Shown: positions 1 to 9,367 of the stretch, piece after piece
Numbering within the stretch: position 1 is the first letter of the stretch
How the letters are laid out: every line of letters starts with the position of its first letter
Source: a virus
Lineage: Duplodnaviria > Caudoviricetes
IMG/VR virus record: IMGVR_UViG_3300048549_001527
DNA length: 64,000 nucleotides
Direction: 5' to 3' (one strand)
Notes under the pieces: generated by a model
Database searches by the model: none
The model's input: the letters and a program-made list of their open reading frames with translations, nothing else
Told to the model about the DNA's origin: nothing
Program-made: the position numbers and the translations under genes

Positions 1-172
1 GGTTTAGAATCAACCTTTCTTTCAAATCATTATCTTGTCTGTATCTTCCAAATAATTTGCGTAAATATTGAAACCGTTTTAAGTCTTCCTCAAACTCTGA
101 TACATCGGAGCATTGCGGATTGTCGTAATATTTAGATGCAAATAACAGAAAGGTTGATTCTGTTAATTTCAT
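1..172 (-). CDS. Conserved T4-like phage hypothetical protein, N-terminal part (runs off the window edge)
   Basis: Manually translated from ATG at 172: MKLTESTFLLFASKYYDNPQCSDVSEFEEDLKRFQYLRKLF...LILN. The YYDNPQ/EDLKRF/LILN pattern is recalled from marine T4-like phages. Confidence 0.65.
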   Translation of the reverse strand, partial: MKLTESTFLLFASKYYDNPQCSDVSEFEEDLKRFQYLRKLFGRYRQDNDLKERLILN

Positions 173-189
173 ATTATATTTTCTTTACT

Positions 190-492
190 TTATGTGTCAG
201 CTACAATAGTATCTTCAATTGCAGTATTACCTGTTACACCAGCGTCTCCAGCGTCTGATTGAGAAACTTTCATTGGTACTAAGCATTCTGCATGGTGGCG
301 CCCGCCATCTGTGTGGTATAACCACCAGCCCGGACCAGTAATACCTTTAGCACGGTTAGCAGCAACGCCAGCCTCAGTAAGATCAACAAAGATTGCGTTG
401 TCGCGATCATTTGATTTGTTTGTATTTGCCGCGTCGTCTTCCAACCATTTTGGAACGTCGGCTAATGTATCGGTTTTTCCCCAAAGTGCCAT
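190..492 (-). CDS. Hypothetical protein, probably late/virion
   Basis: 100-aa ORF with SD (aggag), downstream of the late promoter at 526-533. Confidence 0.6.
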   Translation of the reverse strand: MALWGKTDTLADVPKWLEDDAANTNKSNDRDNAIFVDLTEAGVAANRAKGITGPGWWLYHTDGGRHHAECLVPMKVSQSDAGDAGVTGNTAIEDTIVADT

Positions 493-525
493 TTTTTTAT
501 ATCTCCTTATTTGGGTTTCTTGATT

Positions 526-533
526 TATTTATA
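526..533 (-). promoter_or_regulatory. T4-type late promoter TATAAATA
   Basis: Exact gp55 consensus on the minus strand, intergenic. Confidence 0.7.
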
Positions 534-536
534 AAC

Positions 537-731
537 TTAATCGGCGTCACGAAGTTCTTGTTCTTCCTTCATAGCCTTTTTAATTGCTTTACGGCGCTTG
601 TGAAGATATTCATCAGAACCGTCTACGTCGCCATCGTTATCAATGTCGGCGTCAGCTTGTCCAACTGGATCCATTTTCTTTTCTTCCAAAGCATCCAACA
701 ACTTGGATTTAAATGATGATGCAAAGTCCAT
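537..731 (-). CDS. Small charged protein with an EF-hand-like DxDxDGD loop, possible head internal protein
   Basis: DADIDNDGDVDGSDEYL motif; lies in the late internal-protein cluster. Confidence 0.55.
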   Translation of the reverse strand: MDFASSFKSKLLDALEEKKMDPVGQADADIDNDGDVDGSDEYLHKRRKAIKKAMKEEQELRDAD

Positions 732-745
732 TGTGTTTTCCTTTT

Positions 746-1123
746 TTATGGATTAGATTGTTGTCTAGATTGTCTTGCTTGTTTGCGAGCCGCTTGATAA
801 TCGGATCTTGCTTTTTTAAGATCATTACGAGTATCGGTTGCGCGTTTCAATTCTTTTTGTTTACGTTTAAATGCGTCAGCTTTTGCCTGTCTTGCATCGT
901 TACGCCCAGCGCGAGAAACCCTAAGGTTTCCTTGTTTATTAACAAGACCACGACGTATACCTTTAGCCGCAAGTTTTGCAGCACCACCGATTACTTTACC
1001 GATGATTTCATTTAACTCTTCTTCAGTTAAATCATCTGGGTCAATATTTTCTTCGTGCATATGTTCCCATACGAGTGCGAGCTGCATCTCGTGCTCAGTC
1101 ATATGTGATTTAAACGTCTTCAT
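746..1123 (-). CDS. Putative internal head protein with capsid-targeting-like N-terminus
   Basis: Starts MKTFKSHMTE; acidic N-half, very basic C-half. Confidence 0.6.
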   Translation of the reverse strand: MKTFKSHMTEHEMQLALVWEHMHEENIDPDDLTEEELNEIIGKVIGGAAKLAAKGIRRGLVNKQGNLRVSRAGRNDARQAKADAFKRKQKELKRATDTRNDLKKARSDYQAARKQARQSRQQSNP

Positions 1124-1385
1124 TTATTATTATCCTTAACTTGTTTCTTCCAGGTATAATCCTGTGATAAACCATTTTAGGTATTTCTATTGTATCACGT
1201 TTATTTATAACAGTAGGCAGTTCATCATCAAATTGTATTTTCCAATCGTCCCCGTCTAAAACTGTAAACACCCTATTATGCTTATCTCTGTGCCAAACAT
1301 AATCATCGTTTGTTGTATTATACGGGTTAAATATTCTTATCCATTGGTTATCAGTCAAGTGTTCATCATAATATGGTTTTACCAA
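1110..1385 (-). CDS. Small cupin-like hypothetical protein
   Basis: WHRD and YHR motifs in a beta-rich sequence. Confidence 0.45.
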   Translation of the reverse strand: MVKPYYDEHLTDNQWIRIFNPYNTTNDDYVWHRDKHNRVFTVLDGDDWKIQFDDELPTVINKRDTIEIPKMVYHRIIPGRNKLRIIINEDV

Positions 1386-1912
1386 AAGAACGAGCCCCCA
1401 TTTTTTAATCCTAATTCATTCGCATATCGAGGTAAACGGCAAGACCAATATCCAGCTTTAGTTTTATCGTTTTTTAAATGACATTGGTGGCGAGCTGCGA
1501 AAGACTTGCGTGCCTCTTTATCATCAAAGTTTACGGCCAAACCGGACGTATCCCCAAAGGTTACTTTTTTGACTTTATCCCCATCTTTCACGTACACATA
1601 GAACTTTTTGGGACCACCTCTTTGTGGCTTATTGAGCTCAACATCTTTTTCTTCCCCTTCCAACATGGGAATGTCAAGTGGAACTCGCCGTCCTTCGTAA
1701 ATATCGTGTTCACCTATATCTGTTTCTAATAGGTCTTTATCGAAATAATTAGATGGGTTTATGATACCTTCTTTGAATAACTTACGCGCTTCAATAAAAA
1801 AATTGTAAAACGATTTGCTGTGCGGTCTATACACGCACTCTGCAAGTGGTATTTCGTTTTCTAAATGGTATACAATTCCTTCGTGTAAGTTATGCTTTAT
1901 AAAGGTTTTCAT
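1379..1912 (-). CDS. Conserved T4-like phage protein with capsid-targeting-like N-terminus
   Basis: Starts MKTFIKHNLHE; C-terminal KKFYVYVK...KKVTFGD...ARKSFAARHQC...YWSC module recalled from marine myoviruses. Confidence 0.6.
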   Translation of the reverse strand: MKTFIKHNLHEGIVYHLENEIPLAECVYRPHSKSFYNFFIEARKLFKEGIINPSNYFDKDLLETDIGEHDIYEGRRVPLDIPMLEGEEKDVELNKPQRGGPKKFYVYVKDGDKVKKVTFGDTSGLAVNFDDKEARKSFAARHQCHLKNDKTKAGYWSCRLPRYANELGLKNGGSFFW

Positions 1913-2166
1913 AATCTATCTTCCTTGCTGTCTAAACATCTTGTTGTAAACAATGCTGCATCTCTTGCAGTCTTAAAGTACATTGAGTGCTCGTGGAGAT
2001 CAGTCCACTTTTTAAATTTCCATCTGTAATCTTCAAGATGGTATTCCACCCACTTAATTGCTGCGAGCTTTTTGCTACTGTGAAACTTAATCTGTACACG
2101 ATCTTCGGATTTCATCCATTCCGCAATAACTGCTAAGTGCTCTTCTGATTTTGATCCCTTATTCAT
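1909..2166 (-). CDS. Hypothetical protein
   Basis: 85-aa ORF tightly packed in the operon. Confidence 0.5.
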   Translation of the reverse strand: MNKGSKSEEHLAVIAEWMKSEDRVQIKFHSSKKLAAIKWVEYHLEDYRWKFKKWTDLHEHSMYFKTARDAALFTTRCLDSKEDRL

Positions 2167-2169
2167 AGG

Positions 2170-2397
2170 TTAACCTCCAAACTCGTGACCTGCGACTCTT
2201 CGCATTTGTTTATTAAATTCTGCCTGTGATGGCTTTTCTTTATATAATTTAATAGAGATATTAGGTCTATCTTTACCTTTAATTCTCCAATTTTTTCCGT
2301 CTTCTTTGTGCTCAGGTTTAGTGGTTTTAACAACACGGCGCTTATATCCTGCTTCCCATGTTTCTGAACCTTCGCAAAACTGTTTAAAACTTTTCAT
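2170..2397 (-). CDS. Small putative internal head protein
   Basis: Likely start is ATG 2397 (SD aagggag), giving MKSFKQFCE. Confidence 0.6.
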   Translation of the reverse strand: MKSFKQFCEGSETWEAGYKRRVVKTTKPEHKEDGKNWRIKGKDRPNISIKLYKEKPSQAEFNKQMRRVAGHEFGG

Positions 2398-2399
2398 TG

Positions 2400-2720
2400 C
2401 TATTCTCCCTTTGGAACGCAATTAGGGACCATCTTATCCCCTTTTTTCTTCATACCAACTTGTTTATAATCAGACCAACAAGCTTCTTGCTGTCCAATTT
2501 CTTTATCATCTTGCGATTTCATATAATCCCGAGCAGTATCAATATAATCTGTAGCCTTAGTGATTTTGCTTTGTACCCACTCTGGCATATTTTCATCGTC
2601 AGACAACATATCATGCAATTGTTGTGCTGCATCAATCATGGTTTTTAGTTGGCCTTTTGCCATACTACCTTCGTTATCATATTCGTCTTTTGATTCTAAA
2701 AAAGATTTAAAGTTTTTCAT
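2400..2720 (-). CDS. Putative internal head protein
   Basis: Starts MKNFKSFLE; contains MPEWVQSKITKA and C-terminal EACWSDYKQVGMKKKGDKMVPNCVP modules. Confidence 0.6.
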   Translation of the reverse strand: MKNFKSFLESKDEYDNEGSMAKGQLKTMIDAAQQLHDMLSDDENMPEWVQSKITKATDYIDTARDYMKSQDDKEIGQQEACWSDYKQVGMKKKGDKMVPNCVPKGE

Positions 2721-3010
2721 TTCATCAACTTCTTTATTGCTGCCAACGCTTTTTTACCGTCGGGATGTTTTGGATTAATACCTACAGGTTCGCCATTCAC
2801 AAGTTCTGATACATTAACAGATTTCCGCAAAGCTGCAATTGCTTTATGTAAAGGATCTTTTGAGTCATACTTAGTTTCAAACCCTGGTTTGCCGCGAACT
2901 TCAACCCAAGATTTTTCATTACTGTCTTTTATTTTTAAAACGTCTTGAGACTTACCCCTAATGAGTTTAATCTTAAGACCTTCTGATACATATTGTTTAA
3001 AACTATACAT
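2717..3010 (-). CDS. Putative internal head protein
   Basis: Likely start is ATG 3010, giving MYSFKQYVSE. Confidence 0.55.
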   Translation of the reverse strand: MYSFKQYVSEGLKIKLIRGKSQDVLKIKDSNEKSWVEVRGKPGFETKYDSKDPLHKAIAALRKSVNVSELVNGEPVGINPKHPDGKKALAAIKKLMK

Positions 3011-3563
3011 ACTCTTTAATCTTTTTCTCAATCGCTGTAATGATTTTATTATGTGTTTTACTTAAATATCTATCACTGCGTAGGCGTTTGATAGCGAGCG
3101 AAGTTTGTGCAGCATATTTCTTTTGAAAATCTACAGGCCGCGTATCAATGTCTTGTACGTTTGCTAATCTATCAGCAAGTTTAATAACCAATGACCAACT
3201 TGACATTTTAGCCATCTTATTGGCAATGTATTCACCTTTACCAATCGCATCAGACGCAGCCTTATCAGTTGTTAATTCCTGAACCATATCAGCTACAAGA
3301 GCACCAAACTGTTTAACTAAATCAGCATATGTGGTATCAGTATCTTCAATAGTATCATGCAAATATGCTGCTTGTACTAATGCTGAGAGGTTGTTTGATT
3401 TTTTAAACTTTTGTACGAACCTAGCAACTTCTTTTGGATGCTCAATGTATTTACCACCGCTTTTACGCGTCTGCCCTGAATGAGCTTGAGTAGCAACACG
3501 TAAAGCTTTAAGCGCGCTTTCATTTAGTGTATCTTCAGATATGAATTTTTTAAAAGTTTTCAT
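3003..3563 (-). CDS. HD-domain small alarmone hydrolase-like protein (SpoT-hydrolase/Mesh1 family) with capsid-targeting-like N-terminus
   Basis: AH.GQ.RKSG..YIEHP, AAYLHDTIEDT, V.ELT.DK and IKLADRLANV motifs; starts MKTFKKFISE. Confidence 0.85.
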   Translation of the reverse strand: MKTFKKFISEDTLNESALKALRVATQAHSGQTRKSGGKYIEHPKEVARFVQKFKKSNNLSALVQAAYLHDTIEDTDTTYADLVKQFGALVADMVQELTTDKAASDAIGKGEYIANKMAKMSSWSLVIKLADRLANVQDIDTRPVDFQKKYAAQTSLAIKRLRSDRYLSKTHNKIITAIEKKIKEYV

Positions 3564-6496
3564 TTTTTAGCTTTTTTCTTTGCCATAATTTTCTTAGCCA
3601 TTTTATATACACCTTTAGCTGTAGCTTTGGCACCTTGAGCAACCATTGGAGCGGCAAGAGCAGCTCCTACAACTTCTGGCGGAATACTTTCCATTGGTGT
3701 ATCTTTTTTATATTTTTTAGTAAGCTCATTAGTTCCTTGCTCACCAGCACCACAGGATGCCTCTTTACGCATATCCTTATATGTAGGTTTTGCTTTTGGT
3801 TTATCAGCGTATTCATCCATTTCACCTGCAGCTTTTTTCTTTGCCGCCGCCGCAGCTGAAAATTTAGCTAAGTCTTCTTTTTCATCTTCGTCAATAGTTG
3901 GTGTAGTATTAATATGTTTCTTTGAGCTTTTTTCTTCACCATAGCCTGCTTTAAGACCGCCCATCATACCGCCATATGTTTTCTTTGTTGCAGATTTAGC
4001 ACTCATTGAAGGACGCTGTTTACCGCTTGCTTTATTTTCGCGTTCTTTGTCCTTTTTGATTTCTTCGGGGGTTGGCGCTGTATACTTTTCTAAAAACGCC
4101 ATAGCTTGCTCGTCAAGATTTGATTCTACGTAACCTTTATCACCAGGCTTTTTGCCGTGGTTCATAACCTTTTTACCAATAGCAGTAAGGTTACCTTTCT
4201 TATCATACATTTGATTGACAAGTTTCTTTTCTGATGGTGATAAAGTTTCATCAAGTTCTACTTCTTCGCGGATTTTAACTTTAAACATTTTTTCAACTGT
4301 TTGTTTACCCATAGTCTTAGCAAGATTAGTGATTAACCATTCACGTGGCTCTGTGTCAAGATCATCTACAAATTTAACAAAGTTTGTACCTGCGTTGCCA
4401 CTTGACAACATTTTTGCGGCTTTCATAAAGTCTGCTTTATCAATACCACCACTTTTCTTTGCGTATGCTTCAATACTTGCCGCAGCTTTTTTCATGGCAG
4501 GAGTTGCAGCTTCAATTATATTTTTATATGTTTTTGGCATCTGTTCGTTTCCTTCTCCGCGTAACGACGCAAGTGATCTTTGAGTTGAAGTCATGGTTTT
4601 CTTTGGCAGTTTACGGCCTGTTTTTACTGAACGGCCCATTGCCTTTGCGTGCGCTGCATCCTTAGCACGTTGAATAGCAATAGAGTCACCGGTCATTTTT
4701 GGCGCCTTTTCATCAAGTTGAGTTTCCTCTTTACGAACCTTGTCGGCAAGGTCTTTATCTGCCTTACCCCAAGTACCTGACGATTTTGTTATAAATGAAT
4801 TAACTCTTGCGTGTCCCCATTGCTCAGGAGTTGTGCCTGGGCGGTGACCTGTTCGCCATGCCGCCACGCCACGATTATAAACTTTACGTAAAATACCAGC
4901 AGGCATACCTGATTTCGCCGCTTTATCTTTTAAAGATTTGCCAGCTTTATCTTCTTGTAATCCATCGCCTTCGCAAGTACAAGGATCACAATTACATTGT
5001 CCGCAAACCCATTCCTCTACAAATGTTTCTGTTGCTTCATATAGTTCTGCAATATCTTCAATGTCAAACTCGTTTGCTTCTTTAACATCTTTTGGTTTGT
5101 ACATTTTAAATCTTTTATCAAATTTTACTTTTCCGTTTGCAGCATACAGCATATGTGGACGTTTCATAATACGTTTTCCCCATAGTCCTTCATCAAGACC
5201 TTCAACAAGTTCTTCCCAGATCAAGTCTTCCGTGAAACCCATAGCTCTTGCTTTTTTGGTAAACTTTGACTCTTTAGTCTTTGCTTCCTTATCACCAGGT
5301 GCAGGTTTGTACGCAGCAGGATTATCGTCAGACATCTTTGCGCCTTTTTCAAAATGAGCAGCGCGCGCATCTTTCTTATTTTTATCTACACCTTTATAAT
5401 AACCTTTTGGTTGAGAACCCGGACGATCTGACACGTCGCTATCTTGCGGCTTTGTCATTTTTTCCATGAACATTGCAAATTGTTCGTCAAGGCTAACTTC
5501 TTCCTTTTTTGAACGTGCCGACGCAAGTCGTTCTTGTTCTTTCTTTTTAACCATTGGTATCATTTTGCGCGCAAGTCTATCAATACGTGCAGGAGGTATT
5601 TTTTCCATACGTTTATCAATACGTTCTTTTTCAGCATATGACAAGCTTGCATACTTTTTAGGTTTTGCTAACCTATCTTTAATCATATTCCTAGCCGACT
5701 TTTGTGCTCTTTGTTTAATCTTTTTCATATCAGCTTTTTTACGCTTAGCCCGTTCTTGACCGCGCTTGATTTTTGCACGAGCCTTTCTCATAGACCGAGC
5801 TTTTTTAAATCTTTGAACTCTATTTAGAGCTTCATCCATTTCTAAGTCGTTTTCTTCTGACATGTTCATCCCCATGCTAACTAACGTTGCGATTTTGTCG
5901 GCATCCGTTTTTAATTTCTTAGGCAAATTTGATGTAAACTTTTTCATATCTGTCGATGCATAGCCTCGCATTTTAGTGCCAGAAATTCCAGATACATCAT
6001 CTGCGTCTGGGTCTCTGCTACCTGCTGATACTACTTTAATCTCATCAAACTTATATTCTTTGCCATTATATTTATTTAGTGTAGTATTAAATTCTTTAAC
6101 TCTATCAGAGCCAGCAACCAAAACAACCCGTTTAAATGATCTTTCAAGTTGTTTCATTAGTTGGAAAATAGTTTTAGCATTTGATTTTTTAACAACAGAA
6201 CCAAAAGCTTTTTGGGCAAAATTGATTTTGTCTTCGTAACCTAATGGATTTTTCTTTTTGTCAACTGTATGTGTAAGGAATACGTGCGGTATTCCCTTTT
6301 CAGATTTAGCAACAGAAATAACTTTATTAACTAATTTTTCATGGCCTGCGGTCATAGGGTTCATTCTACCCCACGCAACAACTGCTGTCGCACCAGCGGC
6401 CTCGTCTATCGTAGGCTCAAGCTCAATGTATTTGGCAGAGTCAAACTCTTTAAAACCTGCAATTTTTCTGTCTTTCTTTTTTTCTTTATCAGCCAT
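3560..6496 (-). CDS. 978-aa modular protein: N-terminal cytidylyltransferase/NadD-like (HIGH-motif) domain plus several internal-protein-like modules
   Basis: WGRMNPMTAGHEKL (TxGH), VAGSDRV and SAG.RDPD...GISGTKMR motifs; repeated LDE/xxE boundaries downstream. Confidence 0.75.
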   Translation of the reverse strand: MADKEKKKDRKIAGFKEFDSAKYIELEPTIDEAAGATAVVAWGRMNPMTAGHEKLVNKVISVAKSEKGIPHVFLTHTVDKKKNPLGYEDKINFAQKAFGSVVKKSNAKTIFQLMKQLERSFKRVVLVAGSDRVKEFNTTLNKYNGKEYKFDEIKVVSAGSRDPDADDVSGISGTKMRGYASTDMKKFTSNLPKKLKTDADKIATLVSMGMNMSEENDLEMDEALNRVQRFKKARSMRKARAKIKRGQERAKRKKADMKKIKQRAQKSARNMIKDRLAKPKKYASLSYAEKERIDKRMEKIPPARIDRLARKMIPMVKKKEQERLASARSKKEEVSLDEQFAMFMEKMTKPQDSDVSDRPGSQPKGYYKGVDKNKKDARAAHFEKGAKMSDDNPAAYKPAPGDKEAKTKESKFTKKARAMGFTEDLIWEELVEGLDEGLWGKRIMKRPHMLYAANGKVKFDKRFKMYKPKDVKEANEFDIEDIAELYEATETFVEEWVCGQCNCDPCTCEGDGLQEDKAGKSLKDKAAKSGMPAGILRKVYNRGVAAWRTGHRPGTTPEQWGHARVNSFITKSSGTWGKADKDLADKVRKEETQLDEKAPKMTGDSIAIQRAKDAAHAKAMGRSVKTGRKLPKKTMTSTQRSLASLRGEGNEQMPKTYKNIIEAATPAMKKAAASIEAYAKKSGGIDKADFMKAAKMLSSGNAGTNFVKFVDDLDTEPREWLITNLAKTMGKQTVEKMFKVKIREEVELDETLSPSEKKLVNQMYDKKGNLTAIGKKVMNHGKKPGDKGYVESNLDEQAMAFLEKYTAPTPEEIKKDKERENKASGKQRPSMSAKSATKKTYGGMMGGLKAGYGEEKSSKKHINTTPTIDEDEKEDLAKFSAAAAAKKKAAGEMDEYADKPKAKPTYKDMRKEASCGAGEQGTNELTKKYKKDTPMESIPPEVVGAALAAPMVAQGAKATAKGVYKMAKKIMAKKKAKK

Positions 6497-6528
6497 TTTG
6501 CCCTCAAGATAAAAACTATTCCCAATAT

Positions 6529-7359
6529 TTATAAGATTGAGTAACCCAACCTATTCATAAGATCTTCTCCCATAATTTTAGGAACCATATCTATAAATCT
6601 TTGCTCCAATTGAGTCGGAACACTTTTAACATAATAAGCTATACGATCTTTAGTCATAGGCTGTGACGAGCCAGAATGCATTGCCCAAGTATATTCAGGG
6701 AATTGATATTCAGGCCAACTGAACTTTTGCCACATTTCATTAAAAATGTCTTCACGTAAATCTTTATATAATAGATGTTCCCATTTGATAAGCATAGTTG
6801 TTTCTTTATTTTCGTCATAATATTTTAGCCAAGTATTGAACCAATGTTTATAGCATCTTAACATTTGGTCAGGGAAGCAAGTACCGTTTTCTTCAATATC
6901 AACTCTAGTCTTGTTTCTTTCCCATTGGTTTTGTATTTTATATGTTTCGCCATATGTTTGCTGCCAACCACCGTTTGAGGCTCCTCTTCTGTACATCATA
7001 GACTCAAGCCAAGTATACGGATTTTTGTGGTTTAAAACTACAGGCAAACCTGGGCGTAAAAGCTTTGGCACATTAAGTTCGTGTTTCCATGTTAGTAAGT
7101 CTGCGTTAGGTGGTTTAACCGTATGCGGGGTAAGATCGTTTGCTTTATTAAATTTAAAGTTATCGCGGATCATCCTGTCAATAATAGTTGTCCCTGTTCT
7201 TTGTAACCCAAATTGATAATATGCATAATACTTATGATCTTTCATAATATATTTTGCGCCGTCTTTTTCGATTTCAATTTCATGATCTAACATTTTTTGG
7301 TACCTCTTGAACTTGGCCTGTAAAATGCTCCTTAAACGAAGGTAGCAATTCTTTAACAT
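6529..7359 (-). CDS. Sulfotransferase-like protein
   Basis: FGLQRTGTT (5'-PSB-like) and KNPYTWLES (3'-PB-like). The true start is probably downstream of the annotated one. Confidence 0.6.
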   Translation of the reverse strand: MLKNCYLRLRSILQAKFKRYQKMLDHEIEIEKDGAKYIMKDHKYYAYYQFGLQRTGTTIIDRMIRDNFKFNKANDLTPHTVKPPNADLLTWKHELNVPKLLRPGLPVVLNHKNPYTWLESMMYRRGASNGGWQQTYGETYKIQNQWERNKTRVDIEENGTCFPDQMLRCYKHWFNTWLKYYDENKETTMLIKWEHLLYKDLREDIFNEMWQKFSWPEYQFPEYTWAMHSGSSQPMTKDRIAYYVKSVPTQLEQRFIDMVPKIMGEDLMNRLGYSIL

Positions 7360-8002
7360 TATTATGAGTTGCTGACCTACCCCATATTGTAGATTTCTTT
7401 AATGCGCCCATGCCAGCAATAGGATCAGTAATGGCCATTTTTGTTTTTGTATGTATTACGCGAGTATGCATAAAGTGCCTGTTATCAATAGCTTCAGTTA
7501 TACCGCTTTTTTCTATTTCGTCAACTAAAGTTTGAGCCATAACATGAGTAATTGCATATGCGTGAGACCCAGGATGAAACTGAACATCAACTAATTTTTT
7601 TGGCGGACCTGCAGATTGATAATCATACTTATCCCAATCGTAGTATTTATATCCTAATGCTACAATTCTATCATCAGGAATATCTAAATCAAGTGGATGA
7701 AGCATAATACCGTCGTGTTCTAATATAATAACGCATTCTTTATTTTTAGAAATACGTCGCCACAAATGAGCATGGCTTGCAGTACATCCTGCAGCTCCTT
7801 TATCCATAGGTTTAAACTTTGGAACCGTAACATCAGCTGTATCTTTAAAATTTTTCCAAAGATCTTTTTGATTGGTGGGTTTATAACCTTTATAATATTC
7901 CCACGGCAATCCAACCTTATCACAAGACTCGGCTGATGTTTTTGCGTATTCAATAGACACAGGATCGTCGTGATACATTATATAAGCTTTACTTACTTTC
8001 AT
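7280..8002 (-). CDS. Glycosyltransferase family 25-like protein
   Basis: GCTASHAHLW, IILEHDG and GSHAYAIT motifs. Confidence 0.65.
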   Translation of the reverse strand: MKVSKAYIMYHDDPVSIEYAKTSAESCDKVGLPWEYYKGYKPTNQKDLWKNFKDTADVTVPKFKPMDKGAAGCTASHAHLWRRISKNKECVIILEHDGIMLHPLDLDIPDDRIVALGYKYYDWDKYDYQSAGPPKKLVDVQFHPGSHAYAITHVMAQTLVDEIEKSGITEAIDNRHFMHTRVIHTKTKMAITDPIAGMGALKKSTIWGRSATHNNVKELLPSFKEHFTGQVQEVPKNVRS

Positions 8003-8718
8003 TATATAATATCCTTAATAAAAAGTGAATTGATTTGAAGGTTAACTGGCAAGTGTTTATTGTGATGCGCTAACTTGTAAACCGGTGCTGTAAAGTTTTG
8101 TACCGTTTTAGCAACGATAGAAAGATGCCTAGAGTCGTAAGGAGCAAATACATGCGGGTTACTTCCATCATATGATGCCGGGCTCCATGTTGCATTATAC
8201 TTTTTTACTTTATCCCACTTATCTTTAAACTCAGGTAACTGATTATAGCAAGAATCAAAACAAAAATGAAACCACAAATAATCGTGAAACTTTTGTCTCA
8301 TATCCCAATAATTATCTACTGTTTCTTTCCATTTGTCAACTAAAAAATTACCTTTTTCACCATATAAAAACCAACTACAAACATTATTGCGGTTTGTAGG
8401 TTTTGAAAAGGCAAAGAAGCCTTTTGACGCGTACTCAGGTAACCATTCATCAAGCGGCTTATTAAACAACACCGTTGCATCAACCCATACGCCACCATAC
8501 TTGTTAAGAAGAGAAATACGGATGATATCTGAATACGCAGCCAAAGGACCAGGATGATAAACGTCACTAATGTATTCTTTTAAGTTAACATCCGTAAGTT
8601 CAACAACATTCCAATCTAAGTTGTAATGCTTAATGCTTTTTAAACATTCTTTAACTAAAGGTGGTGCATTATCAAATCCTTGAGACCAATATACCCATAT
8701 GTTTTTATTCATAACCAA
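8002..8718 (-). CDS. Capsular polysaccharide synthesis protein (DXD glycosyltransferase, GT32-like)
   Basis: IWVYWSQG...AP..V..C, SDIIRISLLNKYGGVWVDAT motifs. Confidence 0.75.
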   Translation of the reverse strand: MVMNKNIWVYWSQGFDNAPPLVKECLKSIKHYNLDWNVVELTDVNLKEYISDVYHPGPLAAYSDIIRISLLNKYGGVWVDATVLFNKPLDEWLPEYASKGFFAFSKPTNRNNVCSWFLYGEKGNFLVDKWKETVDNYWDMRQKFHDYLWFHFCFDSCYNQLPEFKDKWDKVKKYNATWSPASYDGSNPHVFAPYDSRHLSIVAKTVQNFTAPVYKLAHHNKHLPVNLQINSLFIKDII

Positions 8719-9367
8719 ACAACTCCAAATCTTTGTGTATATATGGATACAAATCTTTTTTGATTTTAGGAGTTAGGTAATCGTCATAATCTTTTCTTTC
8801 AGATTTATTATGGTGACCAAACTCAACTTTCATATTGAGCTTTTCTGATATAGTCTTTTCGGCTTTATCTTTTTCTTCTAACTTAAATACGTCGTCAACA
8901 AGTAAGTTAAGATGCTGGTCGTAAACAAACTTATACTGAGGAGCATTATGAGGTCTGTTTAACTTCATTTGATAGGTACTTTCCATCGACTGCATTCTTA
9001 TTTGAGCTTCTAAGTTATGAGTACGTTGCCCTAAATGTTGTTGTTTCCATATAGTTTCAGATACAAATCTGTGCCATGGATTACGAACAAATGCAAATGT
9101 ATAGTTTGAATTACAAAAAGAAGGATCGTTCCATTCTTTTAATTGCCATGCTGATAAATGTTGCGTTTCTCCAGTCGGTAATCGCTCAGGAGTTTTTTGA
9201 CCAAAATGGTATTTGGCACCAACTTCTCGACCGAGCTGTTCAAACATTTTGCCATTATCTTGCATATTTGGAAAACCACAAACGTTTCGGAAGAAAAACA
9301 TTTCAACCGAGGTTCCACCACACTTTGGGATATGAATAAAATATGTATTGATTTCTGGTATGTACAT
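8705..9367 (-). CDS. Sulfotransferase family 2 protein
   Basis: FIHIPKCGGTSV and FAFVRNPWHRFVS motifs. Confidence 0.8.
   Translation of the reverse strand: MYIPEINTYFIHIPKCGGTSVEMFFFRNVCGFPNMQDNGKMFEQLGREVGAKYHFGQKTPERLPTGETQHLSAWQLKEWNDPSFCNSNYTFAFVRNPWHRFVSETIWKQQHLGQRTHNLEAQIRMQSMESTYQMKLNRPHNAPQYKFVYDQHLNLLVDDVFKLEEKDKAEKTISEKLNMKVEFGHHNKSERKDYDDYLTPKIKKDLYPYIHKDLELFGYE

Noticed and set aside
311-6544. Many plus-strand ORFs of 60-140 aa opposite the minus-strand genes (e.g. 4215-4583, 4938-5357); the same pattern occurs throughout the window
   Set aside because: Antisense shadows of real genes: no SD or promoter, Ser/Phe/Leu-rich composition, no motifs.
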